In this document: piece by piece, positions 24,200 to 36,150 of the stretch
How positions within the stretch are numbered: the first letter of the stretch is position 1
Layout: every line of letters begins with the position of its first letter
Origin: Gnetum montanum
Taxonomy: Eukaryota; Plantae; Gnetophyta
Length of the DNA: 64,000 nt
Assembly (NCBI GenBank): GCA_015680685.1
Contig: MNCI01001670.1
Coordinates: forward strand, 203,637-267,636
Reading direction: 5' to 3'
Notes under the pieces: generated by a model
What the model was told of the DNA's origin: nothing
The model's database searches: none
What the model saw: the letters and a program-made list of their open reading frames with translations, nothing else
Program-made: the position numbers and the translations under genes

Positions 24200-27100
24200 C
24201 ATCTTGATGATTATGTGTTAAAATTCACCTTCATTCTACATCAGGATGAACAACTACAATGGTGTGACATGAAGGGTAACATTGTGTTGTTGCTTGATTG
24301 TGCTACTCCTGCAATGCTTTATCAAATTCTTGCATGATTTGGTCTTCAAGACCATCATGGGGAGTATATTTTGGGAGATGTCGATGCTAGGGATTATCAT
24401 CCCACAAAAGCACAATGCTTATAGGATTAATAGCTAGAGTAGCACTATGAATTTTCAAAGGGAAAAGGACCTAATGATTCTCCATTCCTATTGTACCAAC
24501 AAGCTAGTGGGGAACCCTTCTCTAAGGTTTTTCCATTTAATGAAACTCCTCTCTTTGACTTTGGTGATGGAGGTCAAAATTAGAATCTACACTCCATAGT
24601 TCACAATCCTAATTTTTGTAACAAGGGATCTAATGAAAAAGAAGGATCCGAAGGGGAAAGTTAAGATAGGGATGTAGATAAGAAGCACAATCATGATCAT
24701 GGTCATGATCGCCAAAGAGGTGGAAGTAGGCATCGTGATGGTGCTGGTTCTCCTTTCTCTTCCCCTTCATCATCATATTCTTCTTCTAGATCTAACTATA
24801 ACCACAAAAGGTAAGACTATTATGGAGGTGATCAAAATGAATGAAATGACTGACGGGGCCAAAATAACCAAAGGGACTATCGAGATAGACAAGATCAAGA
24901 ACATAGATGTTCAAGAGAGGCACATCACCATGAACGAAGGGGTAGTAGAGGGAATTGTAGGCACCATGATCAAGGCCTCAATGAGCCTCTATTTACTACT
25001 TGAAGTATGCTTAACATCATAGTGGTTGTTAAAATTCTAACAATGCATGTGAAAGATAGTCAAATCAAATGGTTAGACATGAACAATATTTCTTGATTTG
25101 AAGGAGGATATAACTCTGATTCGTAGAATCATCTTCAAGATTTTCAGGATGCATGTGCCTTTCAAAACATAGAAAATGAGTGGAAACGATTGAACTTGTT
25201 CTCTTGGACACTCATTAAGGAAGCCAAAAACTAGTACTAGTCCTTAGAGCCAAAATCTATCAGATGATGGGAGTACCATGCCTGAGTTGTTCAATGATAA
25301 ATATCAAACATACTCCAGAGTGTCCAAATTAAGGAAGAAAAATCAAGGGTGGAAATAAGGAACACACAAATGCCTAGATGTCACCATTGGCCAATACTAT
25401 GCCTTAATGCACAAATTTCCTAGCCATGGTTATTCTCAATTAGTTCAACTTTGCCACATTATAGATGGGCTTTGTAATGAAATGAGGAAAACCCTTGGTG
25501 TCTATGCCCAAGGGAAATTGCAGAACTAACTACTCATCAAATACAAATATTAATAGATCAGGTTACCAAAGAGGAGGAAGAACTCAGAAAACAAGAAAGT
25601 GTAGAAGAGTACAACCATGATCCTTCCATTTGCAAAAGGAAGGTTTGATTCTATGATAGTGATGATGAGTCCATATTTTATGAGGGGATGGATAAGAAAG
25701 CCTTGTCACTCCAAAAATTCCAATTTTAACTTATAGCCAAGGTTGATTAGTTAAGGGACTCAATGGATAACAAACTCCAAGCTGTTCTCAAAATTACTAA
25801 GGAGTCCAAAGAACAAAGTAGTAAGCATGAACGTAGGAAACACAAGAAAGCTAAATGTGCATATTACAAAGGTAAGGGAAAGATTGTTGCAATAGAAGAG
25901 GTTGTGGATAGTGAATCATATGATGATTGTGGGTGTGAAATTTATTAGTATGAACATCCTAAGGGATGTTTCCCCATTGTGTCATATCTATTGGAGTCTG
26001 AAGTGTATGCCTTACATCCACAACTTACACAAATGCAAACATCCAGAAGTTTACCTTATCCTCAAGATAATCTCAGGTAGTTCCACCAGCAACAACTATA
26101 TTATCTAAGTGGAGCTTCACTGCAACCATGTGAATAGTATCAATAATGGTAGCAATCACAATCATGCACACTAACACTGCCAAGACAACAGTACCCTTAC
26201 CAGCAGCCTAATCCATATGGTTATCATGTGCAACAACCCATGTCTCTACATGACTCCTCCAATCATGTTTCTAATTTCCAGACTCACTGCCATCCCTCAA
26301 ATTATTTCCAAGATCATTCACCACATGAAAGAAGGAATACTGCCTCTTATCCTTATCCTCCTCCTATCCCTACACATACTCCTCCTTTAGTTGCATAGCT
26401 ACCACCTACTCCACCAATGCAGGCTGAATTACCCACTCAACCACAACAATGCAATGCTACAAGGGCTATTAATTTACAACCCAATCATCAATTGGAGGGG
26501 TCAGATTTCTAATCAAAGAAATGACCTTTACTTCTACCCCATAGCCCACCTAATCCTTCACCTACATCCATAGTTGACAATCCTACTCTTGCCTCTTTCT
26601 CCATATCAAATTGCTTCAAGCCTCCTTCAAACCAAACTCTACCAAGGATCCATACTGTAATGCTTACTCACACTATGTCTGATTAGATCTATGCAATAAA
26701 CCTTCCCATGAAGTTAGCTAATCCTAGAAATCCTCTCATTTACATACAAATTTCTATGAATGAACCTTGCAAGGTGCTTCTTGATTTAGGTTATGGTATT
26801 AATTTAATTTATCATGATATGTACACTACCTAGAACCTACCTCCTCTTAAAAAGAGCAATATAAGAATAGAATTGGTAGACTAGTCCATCACTATTCCAT
26901 TTGGACTGGTAGAAGACATTGTGATCACTATCTATGGGTGGTCTTATCATGTCAATTTCTTAGTAATCAAAGTGGAGAACTAGAAAGGGGATTTCCCAAT
27001 CATAATGGGAAAGGCATGGCTAAGAACCATCGATGTAAGAATGGGCATAAGAGATATTTCCTTGGAGATATTTAAAGAAACTATATTTGGAAAGATCAAG

Positions 27101-30100
27101 AAGAAGAGAGTTCCATGCATTGCATATAGTAATAGTGGGTGCAATTATGTGTAGAAACTTTGGGCTTTCAAGCAAGCATATATCTCTGCATGTAAGTAGC
27201 GTGCACTAAAAATAGGAATTCAAAGATGTCTATATATAGTAGCCATAAAATAGGAGGTCACCCAGTGGCTGATCATTTATTTAAAAAGAAAAAAACTTTG
27301 CATGGAACCAACTAAGAGCCTAACATGTGCATATGTCATAGGCATAGATGAACTTGAGTAAGTTCATCACCAACTCTTTGATGATACAAATGATGATAGT
27401 CATTGGGAAGAGCTAGAAATTCTTGACAAATTCATACAAGAATCCCTTGAGTAGAAAATGTTATTGGTTAGAATAAAATATGTATTTTTTAAGAATGGAA
27501 AGTTAGTTATAATCAATGCAAAAATTTATCCAGAAAAAAAAAGATGTTGTTGAAAGTAGTTGAAAGATGGTCAACAACTTTTGCTTAGTCATATCCTAAA
27601 CTCATAGGGATTAATCCTAGGATATGCCAGCATCACATCTACACCGACCTGGCCATGAAGCCAAAACGATAGCCATAGAGGCGATTGAACCTTAAATTAA
27701 AGCAAATTGTCAAGGAGGAAATCAAGCAACTCCTCAAGGCGAGATTCATCTATCCCATTGTGGATAGTGAGTGGGTTAGCCCACTTGTAATTGTGTCAAA
27801 GAAAGGTAGCAAGTGGTGGGTCTATATTGATTTCAGGTTGTTGAACATGGAAACATTCAAGAATCACTTCCATTGCCATTTTTTAACTAAGTGCTCAACA
27901 CAATATCTGGACAATGCTACTATAGTTTTCTAGATGGTTATAGTGGCTATAACTAAATTCAAATTACACCAGAAGACTAGGCAAAAATAACATTTACAAG
28001 TCCTTAGGGGACTTTTACGTATCATAAGATGTCATTTAGTCTATGCAATGCTCCTACCACATTCAAATGCCTGGTTATGAGCATTTTTTAGCGGTAGATC
28101 AGTAGTGGTGTGGAAGTCTTCATGGATAACTTCTCCACCTATAGAGTTACATTTGAGCAAGACCTAAGCCACCTTGAAAAAGTGCTAACATAGTGTGTTG
28201 AAACCAATTTGCAGCTCAATTGGCAAAAGATTCATCTCATGGTCTAGGAGGGCATTGTACTGCGGCATAGAATCTCGCACGCATGAATTGAGGTGGACCC
28301 TAAAAAAATAAGGATCATCCAAGGAATAACCCATTAGCCAAAAATAGTTAAAGATGTTCAGTCATTCCTAGGACATACTGGCTAATATTAGTGATTCATA
28401 GAGAATTTCTCTAAGATTGTAAAACTTTTGGTCGAGCTAACAAAGAAAGATGCTTCCTTCATCTAAACTATAGAATGTGAGAAAGCATTCTAGTAACTAA
28501 AAGAGAAGCTTGTAGAAAATCCAATCCTACAAGCACTCGACTGGTCCAGGTCATTACATATCATGATGAATGCATCAAATTATGCTTTAGAAGATATTTT
28601 GACATAGTTAGATGACAAGAAACATCCATACTACATCCACTGCACCATCCGAAGCATTGTGGGTGCACAACTAGACTACACCACTGTAGAAAAAGAATTA
28701 ATGGTGGTTGTGTTTGCTCTAGAGAAGTTTAGGAATTATGTGCTTGAATACAAGGTGTTTGTGCACATAGACCATAGTGCCATCCAATTCCTCATGAACA
28801 AGCCAATGGTGAGCCCTCGTGTCATATAGTGGCTAGTGATCTTGTAGGAATTAAATCTCACAATGGTAGATTGAAAGGGCACTGAGAATGTGGTCACTAA
28901 TCACTTGTCTTAATTGCGATGGGACAACAAAGAGGAAAAAATCCCTCTTTTTCATGTTTCTTGATTAACTCATCTTTGCTAGGGCTATAACTAAATAGAT
29001 GCCCAATGAGCCAAAATTATATGATCACATTCTCACCTATCTTCTCACTTAGAAGATGCCATAATGGACCACTAGAAGAAAGAACAATTTCCTCACTAGG
29101 TAAATATTTTCATGGAAATCAATGGACACCTCTACAAGGTGTACACTAATGGTCTAGTTCGTTGGTATGTCCTTGATGTCAATCAACTACGCGTTCTCCA
29201 AGATGCTCATGAAGGTCCTTGTGGAGGACACTGTTGGAAGATGCATGGCCATTAAAATCTTGATGGCAGGGTACTATTGGCCAACACTCTTCAAGGATTC
29301 CCATAATTATGTTCACTCTTGTGAATAATTCCAATGAGATGGTGGAATGACTACTCAAATAGAGGAACCTCAACAATGGATTTAACAACTAGAATCATTC
29401 AACATTTGGGGTATTGACTTCATGGGTCCCATCCTGCCCATGTCAAATGGAAAGGTGTAAATCATAGTCAATGTTAACTATTATATAAAATGGGTAGAAG
29501 AAGTAGTCATCATCAACTATACATCCTCTACTACTACTCAATCTATACAAAAAAATTTTGTAAATAGGTTTGGTGTGCCATGTGCATTAATTTTTGATAA
29601 TGGAACCCACTTTATAGGCACTACTTTTCAGAAGCTCATGCAATTCTTGGGGGTTGAACATAAACTCACAACACCCTACCATCTCCAAGCTAATGGTCAA
29701 GCTAAGATTACCAATAAGGAAATCACAAGGCTACTAATAAGAAATGTTAGCAAGTATAGGAAGGACTAGAGCACAAAATGGAATGATGTCCTTTGGGCCT
29801 ACCGCTTAACTTTGGAAACTTCCTATAGGCTACTCTCCCTATGGGCTTGTGTATGGTAAACTACCAATACTTCATATTCAATCTAAACTCCATACACTTT
29901 CAATAGCTTGTGACTTTGACCTTAACTTGAGTCTAACCTAGAAAGAATGACTGATGAATCTCAACCTGCTAGATGAAAATCAATTAGTGGCCCTATCATC
30001 TAATGAGTTGCATAAGGCCTATAAAAAAAAGTGTCATGACCTGAAAATTAGAAAAGTCAAATTTCAACAGGGAGATAAGGTTCTTTACTAGAACCCCACC

Positions 30101-30350
30101 CACGTACCTTAACGAAGTAAGTTTCAAATGTTATGGGAAAGACCTTACATCATTTATGAAACTTTTCCTTTAGGATCCATGATGATCTATAAACTCGAGA
30201 GCCCAAATAAGAAATAGTTGATGAACATCCAACAATTTAAACCTTTCCATGAGCATATGCCAACTAACACAACAAGCACCTCATTTGATGGACAACCATG
30301 CTCCATATTTCAGATCTCCACCTTTCAACTTAGTCATAGGAGAGATGGCG
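24200..30350 (+). pseudogene. gag-pol: Athila E gag-pol remnant
   Basis: gag; protease KVLLDLGYGINLI (~26771); RT IYPIVDSEWVSPLVIVSKKG and FLDGYSGY; RH; integrase WGIDFMGP and DNGTHF..TPYHLQANGQA. Start position approximate. Confidence 0.92.
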
Positions 30351-30958
30351 ACTCATGCTAATCATACAATTGGCTCCTTTGTTTTTCAAATTTTTTTTTG
30401 TTTTGCTTTATAACTTTTTGTTTTACACATTCTTTATTTTACATCTTTTTATTTTTATGTTATTAATATTTTCTAATTTTTGTTTTACACCATCATTAGT
30501 ACATTTGAAATTTCTTGAACATTTTACATGTTCCTTTATATATATTTTTTTGATTTCTAACTTTTTGTTAATAAGTGTCAGGTACATTAGTAATGTGTTG
30601 GTATGTACTATTTTTGTCATTTGATTGTTGATGTCTAGTTTCTAACTTTGAATTTTGTTACAGATAATTAGGACATGGTTTCTTTCCATGTAACAAGTAG
30701 TGAGTTCACAGCATCCACCCATCCAAAAATTCTATGGTTTTCCTTGTTTTGGAAATGTGCAATCCCTTTCTCATTAATAAAACTCTAATAAATTTATGAC
30801 TTTGGTAGTTTCTAGAATTGGAAAGGATTCAAAGATTTGAATAGGATGTGGCTTCAAGGGGATTTAGTATTCTTTGTGCATTTCTATTTTCCTGGGTGCA
30901 TGTATGTTTTCATGAATTTCTTACTGTTCCATGCCAATCAATAAAGGAAGTTGAATAA

Positions 30959-31210
30959 GTCCTTGCATGGTATGGTTCTCATTAGAAAAAAAAAGGAAAT
31001 TGATGAGATTTCAAAGCACACCCCTTGGACAAAATAAATACATACATCCTCGCATGGTGTGGTTCTCATCAAGAAGTAAAAAAATATGAGAATTTAAAGC
31101 ACACCCCTTGGACAAAATAAATTCATGTGTCTCTGCATGGTGTGGTTCCCATTTCAAAAGAAAGACAAAAATACTGAGAATTCAAAGCACACCCCTTAGA
31201 TAGAATAAAT
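30959..31210 (+). repeat. Three ~85-bp tandem hairpin units in the 3' non-coding region of E
   Basis: gcatggtgtggttctca-[A-rich variable]-tgagaatt(t)aaagcacaccccttggacaaaataaat at 30965, 31052 and 31135. Confidence 0.9.
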
Positions 31211-33270
31211 GGGCTACAAGCATTGGTTATGAGACTACTCTCCTCTAACTAAGACCCTTCCTCACTTCCTACTTCTTGTCTAATTTGGAATGGTGGTTGT
31301 TCTATGGAAGTACTCTTGTGTCTTAGGGGATGGATTAGTCTTAGAATGTTGATGCAAAGTCACTGAACGTGGTTGGTTTTGGTTTGGACTAAGGATGGAT
31401 CCTATCGAGTCATTTAACCACAAAATCCACAACGGAATTCATGTGATTGTAATTAGGAACTCCATTCCACACTCTCTCTCATCCATCTATGCTTTCCATG
31501 TCTCACCTCACTTCTAGTTTCATGTTCTTGATTTGATGTGTCGAAATTCATAGTTAGTTTCTTTGAAGTTTTTGTACTTAATCATCCACAAAGCCCACAA
31601 ATGTTTTGGTTTAAAGTTATGCAAGGGCATAAAATGCCTATGCCTACTTTGGGGAGGACCCACTTGCATATCTCTTGGTTGGGTTAGTTAAGTTCTTTAC
31701 CCTTAGACACTCTTACAATCAAATTCTCTTTCGTTTACCCTATCAATGACATCCAATTATACACATCTTCACAACAGTTTTAGTGAATTCTTCTTTTTAT
31801 TATTATGAATTCTTATACCCTTTAAAAATATTTCCTTATATTGAAATTTTTCAAATTTAATGGACTGCTTGGCCTAATTTATCCTATTTATTAGCTTTCC
31901 CACCAATACTACTCAAGGAACTAATCAACCATCGTCACAACCTAGTTGAGTGTAACCACCGATGAGACAAGGCATTTAATAGTTATATGGTACACATTGC
32001 ATGCTAATTCATGATTCTATTGTGATTGCAGTGTGAAGCATGGACTAGAAGTAGGACTATCTTTACCAAGGTTGATGCAGTAGTACCACACAATGAGGAC
32101 CATTTTTGATTGTTGGATCTCTTTTCTCTCTCTTTTATTCTTCTATTTTAAGAGGTGTTGGATGTTAATGTTCTCTAGGGTGTTCACTTCTCTTGTCATA
32201 AACACCTAATGTTATAAAAATTGTAATTTCGTATACTTGGGCACTTAGAATCTGTCTATTTCATCTAAGTCAATTTGTAATGTTAGTAAATAATCCCATA
32301 CCTACCCAATATGTTATGTTGTAATGAACTTGTTTCTCCTTTTCTACACTAGAGGATGCATTTTCATTTAGTCATGGTAGTATGATGAGTCACATTTTAT
32401 GTCAGCTCCGACATTAGGAGCTCTGACATCAGGTATGTGATGTCGGATCCGCGATGTCATGTCTATGACATCAAGGTCTAGATGCGACGTTGTGTACACG
32501 ACGTCAAGGTGTATATCCCAAGGCTATAAATACCATGCCTAGGCTCTAGTTTTCAAGTGAGTTTTTGGTCTTTGTTAGTTAGAGTAGCAAAGTTTTTGCT
32601 ATTTCTTTTTCTCAGAGTTAGAATATTTTCTAAGTGCCTGTAGAAGGATTCTAAGTGTGTACGGTTCTTTGTTCAAGAACTAATGTAACTTAGCACAAAA
32701 ATGTAATGGGAATAAAATGAACTCTTTTGACAATCCTTGCAACACTAAGAATAGCTTAATATTTTCTTTATTGCATTTTATTTTCATGTAATTTACTTTA
32801 ATGCATTTGAGTTAAGAAATTTATTTCCAGTTGTTAATGAACACGAGCATGACCACTTCGAGCATTCATATAGTACTTGATAACCCAACAACGCTTAACA
32901 TTTTGTAGCCCAATAGTGCTATATGTGTTTAGGATGTGTCCAAGAAAGTGGAGCAGTTACTTGTGTTAGGCTAGCTAGGCAATAGATGAATTAGATTCTC
33001 AATTACTTTACCTTTCATTCTTGTTGTAGGTGATCAAACTCATAAAATATAAAATAAGAAAAATCATATACCTCGATTACACTTAAATCATACCCTTGAA
33101 CTTCATAAGTGTAGTTGGGAGGACAATAAACATTCTCAATTCCCATTTCACTTCCTATAAGAGCTAGTGCATTAAATAACTATAGGTCCATGGAATTCAA
33201 CCGGATCACATGTAATGCCTTAGTGATTCATATGGTTGAGCATAGGGGTACCTCACTGCTCATCAGAGGT

Positions 33271-36150
33271 AAAGGATTATCTACTATAAATAAGGTGTTC
33301 TTTATTAAAGGATTAAATCATAATATTCTTAATGTTAGTCAACTTTTTTATTTTAATTTCAATGTTACTTTTTCTAAAGAATCTTGTAGATACAAGATTT
33401 AAACACTATGAATATTGTGATAGAAGGAACAAGAAAGGGAAATGTTTACACAACTATTTTTGGAAATGATCCTAACCTTGAATCCAAGTGCTTAGTTAGT
33501 TGTATAGATGATACCCATTTGTGATATAGGAAGCTAGGTCACATCAACAAAGAAATTCTTCAAACTCTTATGACAAAGGAAATGGTTCATGTGTTTCCCA
33601 AACTTAAAGACTTCAATATAAATACCTATGAAGCATGTCAAAAAGGAAAGCACACAAGGGCAAGATTTCATAAGAAAAACTGTATATCTACCTCTCGATC
33701 CTTAGACCTTATCCATATGGATGTGGTTTTTCCTTCTCAAACACTCAGTTTGGGAAAGAAAAGGTACTTTTTAACTATTGTTGATGATTACTCTTATTTT
33801 ACACACATTTCCTTCTTATACTACAATGTTGAGGCATTTGATCATTTTTTAAGAATTTGTAATTGGATACAAAAAGAGAAAGGTTATGGCATTAAAATTA
33901 TCAGAACCGAGAATGGAGGAGAATTCAAGAATGTCAAGTTTGAGCAATTCCATAAAATGAATGACATACTTCATCAATTTTCTACTATAAGAACTCCTCA
34001 AAAAAATGGAGTAGCTAAAAGGAAAAATATAATTTTGAACAATATGAGAAGGACTATATTGAATGATCAAAACCTTCCTTATTATTTTTGGGCTGAAGCT
34101 ATTAACACTGATTGTTATGTATCCAATAGAGTTATAGTAAAAATATTTACTTTTGAATCCCCTTATTAATTATGGACTAGTAAAAAACCTTCAGTAAATT
34201 ATTTCCATGTTTTTGGTTCAAAATTTTATATGTTGAATGATAAAGATAATTTAAGGAAATTTTATTCAAAAACTAAGGAAGGTATTTTCTTGGGATATTT
34301 GCTAGTTAGTAGACCCTATAGAGTTTTTAATAAGAGGATGAATACTATTGAGGAAATCATAAATGTTAAAGTTGATGATCATGACATTACATCTTCTTAA
34401 CCTGATGATGAAGTTATTCTAGTTCAAAAACTATCTAGTGCCACTCAAGTTCAAGTTGATAAGCACTCTAAAATTGACAGTGAAAATGAAGAAGAGAAAG
34501 AAGATGAATTTGACGAGATTTCGCCTATTCAACCTAGGGTTCCTAGACTTAGTAAAATTCACTCTCTCAATGATGTTATTGGGGAAGTTCAAGATTGTAT
34601 TCACACTAGAAGTCAAACTAAAGAATTTTTTGCTTATTCAATGTATCTCTCACAACTTTAACCCAAAAATTTTAAAGAAGTTAAGGATGAAGAAGGTTGG
34701 ATCTCTACTATGCAATATGACTTAAATTAATTTTCTAGGAATAATGTATGGGAATTGGTGCCTAGACCAAATCATAAATCCATTATTAGAACAAAATGGG
34801 TCTTTAAAAATAATAATGAGAATGAAACTATTATATAAAAGTAAAGCTAGATTAGTTTCCAAAGGATACAATTAATAGGAAGGGATTGATTTTCATGAAA
34901 CTTTTGCTCCTATTGCTAGACTAGAGTCTATTGGACACCTTTTGGCTTATGCTAGAAGTAGAAATATCAAGCTATATCAAATGGATGTGAAAAGTGCCTT
35001 TTGAAATGGAACCATACAAGTAGAAGTTTACATTAATCAACCTAAAGGTTTTATAGATCCCATCAAACTTGATCATATTTACAAGCTTAGAAGACTCTCT
35101 ATGATCTTAAAAAAGCCCCTAGATCCTAGTATGAAAGACTCACTCAACATCTCATATCAAACGATTTTGAAAGAGGTAAGGTTGATCTCACTTTTTTTCT
35201 TAGAAGATAACATAGTGATATTCTTATTATTCAAACTTATGTTGATGATATTATTTTTGGTTCTATTAATGAAACTCTCTATAATAAATTTTCAGATCTT
35301 ATGTAGTCTAAGTTTTAAATGAGCATGATTGGAGAATTGAAAAAATTTCTCAAATTTCAAAATAATCAATTTGAAGAAGGCACCTTTATTTGTCAAACGA
35401 AATACATCAAAGATCTTCTTCTCAAATTCCTATGGCTACAAATTTTATTACCAAGGATGATCAAGGTAAGCCTATTAATCACAAGCTTTATAAAGGGATG
35501 ATAGGTAGTTTGATTTATTTAACTACCAGTAGACCATACATTGCTATAAGTATTGGAATGTGTGCTAGATATCAAACTGTCCCATAAGAATCTAATTTTA
35601 AGATAGTTAAATGAATGTTTCATTATTTAAAAGGTACTACTAACTAGGGCCTTTGGTATCCAAAAGACTCTCCTATTGATCTTATTGGATATTATGATGC
35701 AGATTGGGCAGGTTGTTCTGATGGTCATCGAAGCACAAGTGGAAATTTCTTTTTTCTAAGATGAAGCCTTATCTCATAGAGTACCAAAAAGCAAACCTCT
35801 ACAACACTTTCTATAGAAGAAGTTGGGTATGTCTCAATTGGAAGTTGTTATGCTCGGCTTCTATGGGTGAGATAAATACTTAAAGAACTAGGTGTTCAAT
35901 TAGAATCTATGCCTATCTTTTGTGACAAAAACAACACTATAAATGTGACCAAAAATCCAGTTCAACATTCTTACACAAAACACATTGAAATTCATCATTA
36001 CTTTATACACAAACATACTTAATGGGGATACATAAAACTAGAGTTTATTAGGTTTGCAAATCAACTACCTAATTCTTTCACAAAACTCACTAACAAATGA
36101 TGCTTAACTTCTCTATGTAAAGATATGGGCATAGGAACCCATCCTATCTA
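33271..36150 (+). pseudogene. pol: Element D protease C-half, integrase, RT, RNase H
   Basis: KGLNHNILNVSQL; CQKGKH..LDLIHMD..TIVDDYS..IRTENGGEF..TPQKNG..FWAEAINT; ETFAPIARLES; YVDDIIFGS; NPVQHSYTKHIEI. Confidence 0.92.

Larger units (their letters stand above)
23106..33265 (+). mobile_element. Athila element E, full length, innermost nest layer
   Basis: LTRs 23106-23956 and 32383-33265 (TGATGAG..TCATCA); PBS ttagcaccattgctaggga 23957-23975; PPT agtcatggtagta; TSD aaggt/gaggt. Confidence 0.95.

Noticed and set aside
30959-31210. Hammerhead ribozyme / retrozyme
   Set aside because: No CUGANGA..GAAA core in proper three-stem geometry.
33190-33402. 70-aa ORF as a novel gene (likewise 9943-10152 and 17120-17395)
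   Set aside because: Chance read-through across LTR/host-element junctions.
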